This document shows, in pieces, positions 1 to 16,538 of a DNA stretch of 64,000 nt (the stretch's first letter is position 1; every line of letters begins with the position of its first letter). A program made the position numbers and the translations under genes. Source of the stretch: Octopus vulgaris (Eukaryota); assembly GCA_951406725.2 (NCBI GenBank), contig OX597822.1, positions 75,454,001 through 75,518,000 of the forward strand, in the 5' to 3' direction. Below the pieces are notes generated by a model that saw only the letters and a list, made by a program, of their open reading frames with translations, made no database searches and was not told where the DNA came from.

Positions 1-274
1 CCAGAAATCAACAAAGCAGTTTAAGTATATATTAACTAAATTTGGCTGAAATTGATGAGTGAGCGATTGGCCAACAGGATGCGCAAGAAGCCGTGCTAGT
101 GTTGACTTATGGGTTCGATTCTGGCTGAGGTTAGCTCATAATGTTTTCAGTAATTAGTTTGTATTTATAAATTGTCGCTTCAAATCGGAGAATAAAATAT
201 TATGTTTTTATACAGTTGTTTTATATATATATGTACACGCACACATACATATATGTATGTCTCTCTCTCTCTCT

Positions 275-321
<47 letters not shown>

Positions 322-1353
322 CGCACATAGCCTTGTAGACATAACTCAGAACCTTCAATTCGCTTTGGATCTTGAGTGAGTTAAATGCAATAGGTGCCTT
401 GAGAATCCATATATGAACTTGATGACATTTTGTGTATTCAGTCAGCTATTTGTGCATGTATGCACAACTGGAGTACAAATTCGCTTTTACTTGAGTTTGT
501 ACATATTTGTCCCAAAATACAGCTTGTGTTAGCAAAACACCTTCTGTTATTTATTTTGGCCCTTTACGTTCTGAGTTCAAATCTCCCTGAGTTCAGCTTT
601 GCCTGTCATAACTTCGGGGATCGATAAAATTACAACTAATCATTGCATATTTTGTTGATTGGTTCAACATTACGGAGGCATCATTTTTTTTACATTTTTA
701 TCCTAGCTGAGTCAGAAGAATATAAACTTTAAATAATACCATAGATTACGCTAGTTCAATTATTGATCAATAACTTAGATACAACGTTCCAAAATTTCTT
801 TCATTCTTACAGAAACAACCCGAGCGTGTTTAAAGAGATATTGTTTCTATTCCAAAGCCAAAAAAGAAAGAGAAAATGATGTATTATAACTAGCTTCTCT
901 TGTTTCTCTTTCGTTGCTTAACACATAACATTGTTCTAATGATAGACTAGTTTCCTGTAGCATAGAAACCGATTTACAAGCACGCCCCGACTTCCTGTAA
1001 CATATAAGGTGTTTCCGGTCAGGTGTCAGTCTTTTTGTAAACCGTCGACATACGCAAATGTCCAGATCGATAGGGCACCGGTCAAGCAGACAAAAGGTCA
1101 CCAATTCGTATCTTGTTAATTACGATACCATATTCCATCTGTGACTAAGACAAAACAGTTTTCAATGGACGAAGCCGATTAGCTCACAGTAGATATTAAA
1201 AGCATTTTTTGTGTGGCAAGCAAAGATCTGTGGTTCATATCTTCCGTTTGTAACGAGAGAATTAATTCAATCCTACTCAGTAACACCAATCGGACGTATA
1301 AGTGAGTATATGCATGTATGTATGGGTATATATATATAAGTATACATACATAC

Positions 1354-2106
<753 letters not shown>

Positions 2107-2195
2107 TACCCTCCGAATTGAGGAAATGCATAAGAAAAAGCAACAGCAGGAGGACGTGTTACATGCAAAATATTAGCAGACGCTCAAGTATGTGC

Positions 2196-2231
<36 letters not shown>

Positions 2232-2319
2232 GCACATAATACATATGCAAATGTAGACATATATACATACATACATTCATTCGTACATATACATATACAC
2301 AATATACACGCACATATCT

Positions 2320-3035
<716 letters not shown>

Positions 3036-3044
3036 TAATACACA

Positions 3045-3088
<44 letters not shown>

Positions 3089-3410
3089 CACACACTCATA
3101 TATTGATACAAGATACATAGATATAAACACCCCCTGACATTGAATTGCGGGTTACTCAATAATATTTAGTAGTGTACAACGTTTATTAGTTTGTACACGT
3201 TTAGTTTACATAACCAAACTACCTATGTGTGATGTAATTGGAGAGAAATTTAGTTACCATTCCTCGTAAGTCGAATGATCATGTAACGATTAATTTTGCA
3301 CATAAATGAAAATAAATTCAAACCTATTCAGTCGAGAGATACATTCCGTTGCGGAAAACATGCATACGTACATATATACATACGCATATATATAAATGCA
3401 TATATATATG

Positions 3411-3444
<34 letters not shown>

Positions 3445-3462
3445 TGTATGTATGTATAAATG

Positions 3463-3497
<35 letters not shown>

Positions 3498-3524
3498 GCA
3501 TGTATGTACGTTTATATATATATG

Positions 3525-3580
<56 letters not shown>

Positions 3581-4269
3581 GGTGTGTCTATTTATGTATG
3601 TGTTATTGTATATATACTTATGGATGTGTGCTCTTTGAGTAATGGAGATAGGAATGGAGTCGAAATTGGTAAAATGGATTCTACTTTTTCTGCTGAGTGA
3701 TTGAGAGATTAAGATCTATGACATAATTCGTTTACTTTTAATGGCAAGATGTGAACGATTTGGTCATTAAAATTTTACCTTACGTTTCAGATTTGTGTTT
3801 GAATGCGTGTATGTGTCTACCTATGTTTATGAACCAAATATCTGTTTTCCAGTTACAGTTATATCACGGCAGCAGTCGAAAGGAGAGGTTTTCACGGAAC
3901 AGTTTTGTATTGTCCACATATTCAGAAAAATTTGCAACAAGAAAAACATTAGTAAAAAAATATACTAAAACTAAAAACAAGCAGCTACATAAACAAATAA
4001 CAACAGCTACTTAAAGCCTTTAAGAAATTATAGGTTGCAGTGTCATACATCACGGAGGGGTTGTTTAGAACAATACCAATAAATATATCTCTATTTCCTC
4101 TAAAGAAACTAACTGTATTCATATAATTTGGAACAACTTTGGAAAATGAACGGTTAGCTCGCCTAATTTCTGAATTAATATATAGTAATTATGGCACCTA
4201 TCCAAATATTAATTTTGTCTGCGATATTATGGTTACTGGTCGAATGAGCTACGAAATTATAATTTTCAG

Positions 4270-4507
4270 TTGACCTTTGTATATAAAGTTTCTTTGCAAA
4301 TAACATTTCTAGGAGATCTATACATGGCTTCAATAACTAGTTGAAATACAATTATTATGTTGCAACAGAAAATTGTAGAGGACCAGAAAAATAAAAACGC
4401 TGCGATTTGCCTGGAAACGTTTAAGCAACTGAAAGCCCCAAGAGATATGTCGTGGAAAACATAAACTGTAGAACTAGATTCAGAGACCATAACCATAACT
4501 GCAGATG
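4270..4507 (+). pseudogene. Possible decayed exon with a RING-finger-like start (AICLETFKQLKA)
   Basis: TTTTCAG acceptor and G|GTGAGA donor; peptide resembles CxICLExFKxPKxL but the first Cys is missing and a stop follows. Confidence 0.25.
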
Positions 4508-4757
4508 GTGAGATTCTTGCGATTAATATTTAGTCATTGTCTTTTATTATCTTTTACTTGTCTAAGTCACTGGGCCGTGGCCAAGCTAGAGCACAGTCTT
4601 GAAGAGTTTTTACCGAACTAATTGACACTGTGCTTTTGTTTTTTTAAAAATAACGTGGTATTTATTCTCTTAATCTGTTATGTCGAACCGCAAAGTTACG
4701 CGGACGTAAACCAATACAGGTTGTCAAGCTATGGTTGACACCACACAGACACACACA

Positions 4758-4807
<50 letters not shown>

Positions 4808-5061
4808 GGCTCTGACATTTGAACTACCCCTTCCTCTATCTATAAATAGAAAACTTCTTGTTTGTCTCCACTGAACTTAATAAAAAAAAACCCCTCCCCA
4901 TTGGTAAATCTAAATAACAAAGTGAACTCAGGAAAGATCTACTACCATGTTCTTATTGATGAAATTCACCTCTCTGTATATATATCTACCCTCTTTGTAA
5001 TGTTGGCAAATGTAATAAGTATAAAAATGAACATTGTCAATTTAATTTAAAAAATTCCAAA

Positions 5062-5149
5062 TGTGGCTGAAGAGTGCTCTACATTTAAAATTGATGTAAT
5101 ACTTACACTGTTTAAATTAAATGAAGTAGCATGAAACGATTGTACTACA
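5062..5149 (+). ncRNA. Type I hammerhead ribozyme with extended stem II (Penelope-like terminal repeat)
   Basis: TGTGG-CTGAAGA-GTGCT...AGCAT-GAAA-CGATTG-TA-CTACA; outer TCCAAA/TTTGGA pairing. Confidence 0.75.
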
Positions 5150-5180
5150 CTACCTTTGGATATCATTGTTGCTTATATGG

Positions 5181-5262
<82 letters not shown>

Positions 5263-5829
5263 AATGCCCGCGTGCGCTTGTGGGCGTGTGTTTGCGTGTG
5301 TGCGTGTGTGTGTGCATGTGTCTGCGTGTGTGTGTGTGCATGATTTTTGTATTTATATGTGTCTTCAACCGCTTGATAACGAACGTTGGTTTGTTTGCGT
5401 CCCCGTAACTTCGCGATTAGTGTAAGTACCAGACTTGTTCTCTTACTTATTTTAATCATTGAACTGAAATAAGTAAAAGACAAACGGTAGCGATATTCTT
5501 TAAGGATATCAAAGGTGAATTTGAAAGTACATATGTTCGGTCCAAACGAAACCTGAATAATAAACATGTAATATTTTTTGTTTTGTGTATGTTCGCAGTG
5601 TAATTTTCGTCTTTAATTTGGAAACATATGTACAGATACAAGAAAGAAGCTGATAGTGGAGAACCGGTCAGAGTTGATTAGATGTTCACTCAGCGCATGA
5701 GAATTTATCTGACTGATAACAGTGCGTACATAATCGATTACGACTGACAACATTATTTTGTTACACATACAACGCATATTTACACATCCAAACACACTTA
5801 CATACATAAACATACGTATACGTACATTA

Positions 5830-6245
5830 AGGCGGCGTGCTGGCAGAAACGTTAGCACGCCGGACGAAGTACGTAGCCGTATTTCGTGTGCCGTTACGTT
5901 CTGAGTTCAAATTCCGCCGAGGTCGACTTTACCTTTCATCCTTTCAGGGTCGATAAATTAAGTACCAGTTACGCAATGGGGTCGATGTAATCGACTCAAT
6001 CCGTTTGTCTGTCCTTGTTTGTCCCCTCTGTGTTTAGCCCCTTGTAGGTAGTAAAGAAATAGGTATTTCTTCTGCTGCTACGTTCTGAATTCAAATTCTG
6101 CTGAAGTCGACTTTGCTTTTCATCCTTTCGGGGTCGATAAATTAAGTACCAGTTACGCACTGGGGTCGATATAATCGACTTAATCCGTTTGTCTGTCCTT
6201 GTTTGTCCCCCTATGTTTAGCCCCTTGTGGGCAATAAAGAAATAA
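5830..6245 (+). mobile_element. tRNA-derived SINE (family B), dimeric
   Basis: A-box TGGCAGAAACGTTAGC, B-box GTTCAAATTCC, central CCTTTCATCCTTTCGGGGTCGATAAATTAAGTACCAG present twice. Confidence 0.9.
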
Positions 6246-6265
6246 TAAACATATACGTACATACC

Positions 6266-6340
<75 letters not shown>

Positions 6341-6698
6341 AATATTCATAAATAAGTTTCCTCTAAATGTGTCCACTTTAAGGGCTACCTTCTGGACAAT
6401 TGGATCTTCCCGTTTGCTGGTTAGGCCTTTTTGGGGTCTGTAAGTGTTGTTTTATTCCTTAAGTCTCGATGTCTGAGCGTTTCTTCACGTCCGCGTGGTA
6501 GAAAGTTTAAATTTTCTTTGTCTTTGTATTGAGTCTGACGAACTGTCCACAAAACCTTGGCTTTCGTGAATGCGAAACCTTTTGGTAATTCTATGTCCAG
6601 AATTAAAATTTTTGTTCTAATAATTACTTTTCCATTCTTTAGAATGTGCTTTTTTCTGATATATGTTTTATTGACTATATGTATATATATATATGTAT

Positions 6699-6914
6699 TG
6701 TAAAGTATAGAAGCCATCTTATCATTGCTAACCACATTGAGGAGGGGGTGTTACTGTAGCTTTATAGCCCCAAGAGATCGTCGTCTCTAGCTGGCTTTAG
6801 ACACCATATTAGTCTAAAGCCAGCTAGAGACGACGATCTCTTGGGGCTATAAAGCTACAGTAACACTCCCTCCCAATGTGGTTAGCCATGATAAGATGGC
6901 TTCTATACTTTACA
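6699..6914. repeat. Near-perfect inverted repeat, ~104-bp arms, 9-nt spacer
   Basis: 6699-6802 is the reverse complement of 6812-6914 with few mismatches. Confidence 0.95.
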
Positions 6915-6950
6915 TTATCGAGCGATTACTGTTTCAATCTCATTCTGAGA

Positions 6951-7008
<58 letters not shown>

Positions 7009-7343
7009 GTATGTATGTATGTATGTATGTATGTATATGTATGTATGTATGTATACGTACGTATATAGATAGGTCGAGTGGCTAGTGGCATTGTGTTGGT
7101 TCGAGCTTCTACAGGAGATGTCCCACAACACCACAAGGCTCTCCAGCTATGTATGGTATTAGGTTCCTCCAGCGATTCCATCAACTGAAAGATCCTAAAC
7201 AAGCACACATACACACACAGGCATAGCGTACATAAAATACACCTAAGAAATAATGGGTGTTAGCTAATGCATATATTTTTGCATAGCGATATACGGAAGA
7301 AGATACACCGACATTCTATTCCGACATGACCAAAAGGTAATAC

Positions 7344-7381
<38 letters not shown>

Positions 7382-7509
7382 CTCTCTCCTTCTGTCTGTC
7401 TGTCTCTCTCTTTATATATATGTACATATATATATGTATATATATATGTGTGTATATATGTGTGTATATATGTATATATGTATATATACATGTATACATA
7501 CATATACAT

Positions 7510-7703
7510 ATTCTTTTATTCTTTTATTTGTTTCAGTCATTTGACTACGGCCATGCTGGAGCAACGCCTTTAGTAAGCCTAGTACTTATTCTATCGGTCT
7601 CTCTTGCCGAACCGCTAAGTGACGGGGGCGTAAACACACCAGCATCGGTTGTCAAGCGATGTTGGGGGGGGGGACAAACATAGACACACAAACGTATACA
7701 TTC

Positions 7704-7740
<37 letters not shown>

Positions 7741-7882
7741 ACGGGCTTCTTTTAGTTTCCGTCTTCCAAATCCACTCACAAGGCTTTGGTCGGCCCGAGG
7801 TTATAGTAGAAGACTACTTGCCAAGGTGTCACGCAGTAGCACTGAACCCGGAACCATGTGGTTGGTAAGCAAGCTACTTACC
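7510..7882 (-). mobile_element. SINE family A, near full length
   Basis: Reverse complement of family A consensus, small internal deletion. Confidence 0.9.
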
Positions 7883-7899
7883 ACACAGCCATTCCTACG

Positions 7900-7963
<64 letters not shown>

Positions 7964-7991
7964 TAAATATATATACACACACATTTATATA

Positions 7992-8054
<63 letters not shown>

Positions 8055-8851
8055 TTATGTATGTATATATTCTGTATATCAGTTAACAGAAACGAAAATC
8101 AAGTTGATTGCAAGCTTTATTTTAAGCAAGATAGATGTGGCGGGGAATATTACGAAGGTTTTGTTTCCTATATGGTAAAAGCTAATCGACTATTACAGAT
8201 CAAACACATACAAGAAGTTAGAGAATTGATAAAGCGTTCTAGTCAGATAATTTAGTATCGTGTTGTTTGTGTTTTTAGTTGTTTTCCCTTTTCTTTCTCT
8301 ATGCGGTCGTAGTTGTATGATACAGAAAATACACAAGATGTACGAATCAAGAAAAAAAAAACTAAAGCTAAAAATAAAAATGAAAATAAAAATAAAAGTA
8401 GAAGCGTCGTAGCAAAGAATCAAAAGATTCTCGAAATGACGAGTTCTTTAAATTATGGCCAATAATATTCCTGCTTTTTTTTTTCTGTTACATCCTATTT
8501 TTTTTAGTTTTTAGTTTACTGTTTTGTTTCTGTTCTTTTTTGAAATGTTCTGCGAAAAACAACTCATATTTCAATGAAATTCTGATGGTGAGAACGATTT
8601 AAAAAATTCTGGGAGTAAATATCTTGAAACGATAAAGCCCCTCTATGTGTGCGCGCGTGTGTGTGTATGTATGTATGTATCTATGTACATATGTATGCAT
8701 GTATGTATACATACACACACGCGCACGTATATATATATATACCTGAAAAATGAGGGGAAAACAGAAATTCAGATTAATGTTACTATAGTTTTACACACAC
8801 ACCCACGCATGCGCGCACACAACAAACACACATACATGCATATTTGTGTAT

Positions 8852-8931
<80 letters not shown>

Positions 8932-9378
8932 TTATATTCCTATTATATGGAGAGAGAAAAGAGAGACCGAGAAAGGCTACCAACAATAAGCAACAAAAGC
9001 TAACTCAGAGAAACAGGAAAAGGGCTTAGCTATTACGGCATTTGCATACACTAACCGTTCAAACACTTCAGATATTGATAAAGTATTAAACTTCTTCTAA
9101 AATATTCACACATGCACAAAAATACATATTCCTAGCTGATACCGACAAAATCACTTATAGAGAGTGGGGTGGGGGAGAGAAAAGGCGGCGACGTAACGAG
9201 ACCGCTATAATGTTCTAAACTGATGGAAGAAAAAAATGTAACACTTGTAACTGCAGATCTATCCATCTGCATATTAGACCTTTATATTCTAGAGATCTTC
9301 CCTTGAAGTAACATTTTTTTACTTGTTTGGAGAAAAGAAACAACTTCAGTCAAAACGAAGTAAACTGGTGTTACAGAT

Positions 9379-9780
9379 AGGCGCAGGAGTGGCTGTGTGG
9401 TAAATAGCTTGCTTACGAACCACATGGTTCTGGGTTGAGTCCCACTGCGTGGCACCTTGGGCAAGTGTCTTCTACTATAGCCTCGGGCCGACCAAAGCCT
9501 TGTGAGTGGATTCGGTCGACGGAAACTGAAAGAAGCCCGTCGTATATGTATATATATATATATATATATGTGAGTGTGTGTGTTTGTCCCCCCCAACATC
9601 GCTTGACAACCGATGGTGCTGTGTTTGCGTCCCTGTAACATTAGCGGTTCGGCAAAAGAGACCGATAGAATAAGTACTAGGCTTACAAAGAATAAGTCCT
9701 GGGGTAGATTTGCTCGGCTGAAGGCGGTGCTCCAGCATGGCCGCAGTTAAATGACTGAAACAAGTAAAAGAGTAAAGAGA
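9379..9780 (+). mobile_element. SINE family A (tRNA head, CORE-like domain, internal microsatellite, GAGTAAAA tail), full-length reference copy
   Basis: Head GGCGCAGGAGTGGCTGTGTGGTAA...GGGTTGAGTCCC; CORE-like GGCACCTTGGGCAAGTGTCTTCTACTATAGCCTC; many related copies in the window. Confidence 0.92.
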
Positions 9781-9793
9781 AAGTGTATATGTA

Positions 9794-10687
9794 CGTGTTA
9801 TGATCAATAAGTATCGGGACTTTTGCCATAGTAACGAAGCTAAAAAACCCAGAGTGAAGCCGCTTGGCACAGATTGAGCTTAAACTCTGCTGTGCATGCG
9901 CACTAAGTTTTAAAGTTTTAGCTTATTTCATCGTTTACGGCAGTGGTTGGAAGTAACGCGTCTAGCGTGTGTTCGTCCTATTGGCCCTGGCAGTGAAAGT
10001 TGAGTAGAGAATCTGCATCAAAGTTTGCCTAAAGCTTGGCAATGTCTGCTCAGCGGCCCACGCAAAGTTTTTAGAAAGTTTTCATCGTTCTCCACTCAAT
10101 CGAGGAGATTTTGTTCAACTGAAACCCGAGTCTTTTAGGTCAGCTAAAAGTAGTTTTGGTACAAATTTGGCAGACGCGAGTCTCATACCCAAATCGTCAG
10201 TGATAATGGACTGAACTGAACTTTAACTAATCTGCACATCCTCTGATAACCCACAGATGGTAATTTGAGGATTTCCCCTCACAGCTGCAAGCACATCTGC
10301 GATGTTTTTCTCAGTTCCGCTGGTTGCGGGTCTCCCAAAACGTTCGTCAATAACGACAATTTTTCGGCCATGTTGGAAACGTCTTAACCACTCGTACACT
10401 TGTGTGCCACTCATAACTCCTCTTCATGCACTTTCTGCAACTTTGCGTAGGCCTCTGAGCAAGTCTCGCCAGGACAACTTTCTCATGACCAACTATCATG
10501 GTCAATGCGACGATCACACGCTACACACCTTCCTTCCAAGCACTGCTGTAAACAGTGGAAATGTGCTCAAACGTCAAAACTTAGTGGACATGCACAGCAG
10601 AGGTCACGGTCAATTTGTGTGCAACGGCCTGCGTACTTTAGTTTCATTATCTTGGCAACAATCCGGATACTTATTGATCAGAGCTCG
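9794..10687. mobile_element. Non-autonomous mariner element made of two inverted 5' ends
   Basis: TIRs CGTGTTATGATCAATAAGTATCGGGA / TCCGGATACTTATTGATCAGAGCTCG with TA TSDs; minus-strand ORF 10223-10414 (QVYEWLRRFQHGR...DERFGRPATS) is a mariner N-terminal HTH. Confidence 0.88.
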
Positions 10688-11009
10688 TATATGGCCGTAG
10701 AAACCTGTTTTCTGTGAATATATCAAAATTGATGGCAATCCAAGGTATGGCTATGTAGTGAAGAAGCTTGCCTTGCGACCACATGTATTTAGATTCTGTG
10801 CCACTGTGTGATGTGGTACGCATCTTTTGCGTGACGTGGTACGCAATCATCTTTTACCATAGTCCTGGCTTACAGAATGCCATCGGAGTGAATTAAATAG
10901 ACAGAAACTGTGTGGAATCCCGTCGTATACATATGTGTGTGTGTGATTATGTGTATGTATTTATGTTTCTGTTTGTCTGCACCCACATTATGACAAGTGG
11001 TGTTGGTTT

Positions 11010-11185
11010 TCAAAGGGCCAGCCTTGTCACACTCTGTGTCACGGAGAATCTCCCCGAGAACTACGTTAAGGGTACACGTGTTTGTGGAATGCTCAGCCAC
11101 TTACACGTTAATTTCACGAGCAAGCTGTTCCGTTGGTCGTATCAGCTGGGACCCTCGTCGTCGCAACCGACGGAGTGCTCCTCCT
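11010..11185 (+). mobile_element. SINE family C, 3' half
   Basis: Matches the 3' part of the copy at 53828-54155. Confidence 0.8.
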
Positions 11186-12299
11186 CTATATATTTGATAT
11201 AGACTTGATACTAAATATTAAAGTATTTGTCAAAACCTTCCAGCAGGGTAGTCTTATCAGTATTAGGGCCTCAGCCAATCAATGCACTCGATTCTATGCT
11301 ATTTATTTATTGACAGCAAGCCACGGTATACATAGATTAGAATTGGGCCATAGACCTGTGGGTACCCGAGCAACTGCCCAGCGTGTCCACATCAAAAGAT
11401 GGTACTGCTTTTTAGGCATTTCTGATTCAATATCTAAGCATTGAAATCCAACATCGTATCCACAGAAAAGAGTTCGAGTTCATATTTCTCCAAATTAACT
11501 TTGCCTTTCATTTCCCGCTCCACTCAGTGGTCGATAAAATAAAGTATGAGTCAACTACCAGGGTCGATGGTATCGACTCACGCCGCCCACTCAAAATCGT
11601 TGGCATGACGCCTAAATCAGAAACAATTCTGGTTTCAGATTTAGTTACAGACTACTTAAGGGTCGGCTTTTAAAAGAAATATTACTACGAATATTGATAT
11701 TACTATAAATGGAAATTTAATTTGTTTTTCAAGTTTTGCAATCACATTTCATTTAAAGATGATAAAAAAAGGATAAAACCAACAATTATGAATAGTGAAT
11801 TAAAAATACAGTTGATAAGTATCAATACTACATAAAATTTTATTAAATATATTCTAAAACTCGAGAACTAAAAACCAATTAAGTGTTTATTGATATAAAT
11901 TGCATACACATACACAGCGAAATTTCAGCATACATTAACACACGTCTTAATATGCGTACTAGTAGGTACATACATACACACAATATTACGAATTAAGTGT
12001 ATTTTCGTTTCCATACGTAATTTTCCATTGATTTCCTTCTTTACATCGTTTTTACCTTTGTCCTCCACTACCTTGAATTATATGAATTTAAATTGTTATA
12101 TTTTGTTATGGTTATTAAATTGAAAATGATCGTAAACGTAAATTACGGTTTCGGACATTGTCGGAAAGCCAGAGTTTGAAGAGTTATCGACCCCAGTACT
12201 TGACTGCTAATCAGTTTTATGGGCTCCAAAGAATGAAAATTCACGAAAAAACTTGACAGCATTTGAACGTAAAACGCAAGAATTCGTTTCCGAGTATTT

Positions 12300-12515
12300 A
12301 ATATATTTCAGTTCGGCGGGGTGGGGATCATTTTTGCTGCAGGAGACGATGGGCTTTCTAATGGCTAATAAACCAGATTCCTGTTCTAAAACAGCCTATT
12401 GCAAGAATCGCATGGGATTGCAGATAGATATTTAGGATGAGCACACTATGTAGGAGTCCTGCAGGAATTTTGTCTTGGCCTACAGCTTTTCTGTGGTGTC
12501 TTTGCCTCGAGGCTA
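12300..12515 (-). mobile_element. RTE-clade LINE 3'-end remnant
   Basis: Minus-strand translation includes IPCDSCNRLF, like the C-terminal C2H2 motif of RTE ORFs; stops present. Confidence 0.45.
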
Positions 12516-14536
12516 CATATAATCATAGTAGTTAAGGCGGGTATTGGTAGAACAAAGGGGGATAACCATGTATTATATAAAAGTGAAACATTAGAGTGAC
12601 TAATTTATTGTCATGCATTATTTAATTACTTCCTTGTCGGTTTTGAGTCTAATTCTGACTCAGACTTTGTTTAAAGTTGAAGGGTCGAGAAACTAAATAT
12701 CAGTGCCATATTGAAATAAGTATGATATCAAATTAATCGATTGTACTCTTCATTGAAATTTCTGGTCTTGTGTTTATAGCAGAAACCAATCATTATGACG
12801 ACATCAATGACAAATCAATAAGTAATATGTGTATCAAAAAATAAATAAATAATGTCAAAGAAATGAATGTCTCACATCGGTTCTTATCTAGTGTATTCAA
12901 TTTAGCTTTGATGATTTCAAGATCAGATAATTAATCGTCAATATAGACTGAGGTGAGTGAATCGTTTTGATTAGTATATTAATAATATGGCAGAATGTGA
13001 AGATAATGTTATTAAGATAATGTACAACTTAATATGCTCAATATTAGTGCAATTTTGTGTTAGCAAAAATTAACTCATAACTTCCCGTTAATAGAAGCGA
13101 TCAAGTGGATGCTTAAGATGATGTTCGGTTTGCGTAATGTTCAGGAGTTCGAATATACTGCATTCTCGCCACCCTTTTTTTTGTTTGACTGTTTATTTTG
13201 TTAGGCTTTTTGCTCCGTATTGAGCATAAGCCATCGATAACTTTTTTTCATTTCATCGACTGTTGGCTGTCGTCTCACGGGTGTCGTAACTTTTGAATTG
13301 TCATCGAAGGTTTTGTAACTTTGCTTTTGCTAGGTGGCGCTGTTGGTCCTACGCAAATCCATTTTTGCATCATAAGAGAGCTGGTCCGTATGAGTCTGGC
13401 CTCTTTCAGTTAGCCTGTCCAATATAAGAGGCCCAACAAGGAACTAGTGCTCTACTGGCATAATTCTCAAAGTTAATGAAGCACACGAGTCACCATACCG
13501 CGCAGCAAGGACGGATTTTCTAGAAAGAAAGCAACGAAGGAAACAAAAGGTAGTGAGCATTGAAGTTCTCTGGCATTTTGCCTGTACTTACGGTAGAAAA
13601 GAGTTTTAAAAAAATCCCCAACTAATCACCACCTCTCACAAGCATTACTGCCACCACCAAAATGAACCACTATAAATACTACTGTAACTACCAGTACCAC
13701 CCCAACCAACAACGCAAGTTCAAGTTACAATAAACATTGCCATCACGACAATAAATCACCACCATTATCAACAACAGCAGCATGAATAATCACCAACTAC
13801 GACTAATACCACTACTACTCCCCCTAATAACACCACACATACAACAGCAACCTCTGTCACCGGCTTCTGTCAACTCTACATTCCTTGTATCTTCAGTAGC
13901 CAGCACGTTCACCATTGACCATCATCAACACTGAAGACAACCCCTGTGCCACTTCAATAAAAGCTACATCTATCTTCTTAGTCATAACGTGATAACTGAA
14001 TCACCAACGAATGAGTCATGTCCACGCACTTTGTAAATCAAATGAATGATAGATTCATTGACAACAAACTCGCGGTCGACAGTAGCAAAGCTTCCACCAT
14101 CGCGTATTTTTTTGATCGTCTGTGTCGTTTGTTTGGATCAAGTAACTTCATATTTTTCTCTTCAATGGTCCCATGTTGATGGGTAAAGGTACGTAAATTG
14201 GCATAAAAAATATACGCTGCCTTGCTGCACAATCTTGTAAATACAAGCGATAATCAGAGCACTCTGGGTAGCCGAGCATTGTGGGTGGTCGTTGGCGTGC
14301 GTTTTTTGCAGCACAAACAGAATCTTCGACCGATGGCTGACCGTGTTATTACAGGTTAATCCGTGATAAACGTAACATGGTTCACAATTGAGCATGGCGT
14401 GTTATCCTGGATGAGTGATGAATGTATCTGTGATAAAAGAGGTTACATGCTCTACTAACATCAGCAAACAAAACCACCACAGCCATTCAAATACGATTAT
14501 TCAGCCACATATTTCAAAATGCGTTCGCACCACATC

Positions 14537-14800
<264 letters not shown>

Positions 14801-15927
14801 AAGCATCACAAAATACAGCGACTATAACATGTATCATTACTAGCTACTACCACTACTACCACAGTAAAACCACGCTTAGATTCGTCATCACCGTTTGTAA
14901 CACTCACCGACAAGGCAATTAGAATCGCTACCAATCACCAACACCACCACTACCACCCACCACTTAAACCGTTGCCACCACCGCTACTACCACCGCCACC
15001 AACACTACCATTACCATCTGAAATCCAGCCAACCCCACCCTTCGGCAACCTCACTATCACTCCTACCATTAAACAAAAAATTACACCCATCATCATCATC
15101 GTCGTCATCAATATCGTCGCCGTCGTTCTCCTCTTCCTCCTCCTCCTCCTCATCATCATCATCATCATCGGCAGCAGCAGCATCAGCATCATCATCATAA
15201 CGACCAATAACATCATAGCCTCTTACAATCCAACATCGCCACAACCATCACCATCTCAACCACCACCACCACCACCACCACCACGACCATTATAAGGTGC
15301 AATGCAGTCTCTGCCTCCAATACTACATTAATAAGCATCCTCAAAACGGCGAACACTAACGCCACCACTACGCTCGAAACCACCATCGCAATTACCACGT
15401 AAACTACAACCTCTACTACCTACAACTAGCTCCACCTCCATAACACTCGCTACCACCAACATCAACCAATACTATCACAACCACAAATGCTGACACATCT
15501 ACACTAATCACGATCTACATAATACAATACAAGAAATTATAATATAATATAGAATAAAATAAAATAAAATATATAATATAATATAATAAAATAAAATATA
15601 TAATATAATAAAAGCGATGCATCTTAGGTCAATTCAGGAAGCTGTCTAAAAACCGGATGTGGGTCGCATTCACTACATGTCACACTTCTCATTATCGCCC
15701 TTCCCACAAAGCCTTGTCAGGTTTTCTAGAGTAATAAGATTTGGCGTTTCAATTTTAATTTGAACTGAGGAAATCACATCATGTTCGTCACGTCGTTGAT
15801 GCGTGGCAAGGATATTTGCTATGGCTGTCACAAGTGCGCTTAGTAATAACTAGCCTGGCCTTGTCCATGCCTATTCTACCTCACCGCTTTCCCTCCTACT
15901 TCACATCGCTCCACCATCTTACGCCCC

Positions 15928-15966
<39 letters not shown>

Positions 15967-16100
15967 CTTGTATGTGTGCATATATCTATATATACATATA
16001 TATGTGTGCATGTATGTATGTATACAAACACACGCAAATATATAGCTATGTAGATATGTATTAATCTAGGCATACATAACTACACATATACAAAAGCATG

Positions 16101-16162
<62 letters not shown>

Positions 16163-16276
16163 TATATATATATTCACATATATATTGTATTGACGTATTG
16201 ATGACGCACATGGGGAAACACTAGATCTATCTATCTATATATATATATATCTACCTACCTACCTACCTACCTACCG

Positions 16277-16394
<118 letters not shown>

Positions 16395-16494
16395 GATGTA
16401 TGTATCTATAAAAATTTGTGTGGGCAAATATATATGCATGTATCGTAGATGTTTTTGGATAAATGGATGAATATATATATGCATATATGTGTAA

Positions 16495-16538
<44 letters not shown>

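Noticed and set aside
975-1307. Promoter and first exon (ETS-like ACTTCCTG, CATATAAGG, GTGAGT donor)
   Set aside because: Short motifs expected by chance; no supporting coding sequence.
13980-14460. Unique-looking block as a coding exon
   Set aside because: No frame gave a recognisable peptide or clear splice boundaries.
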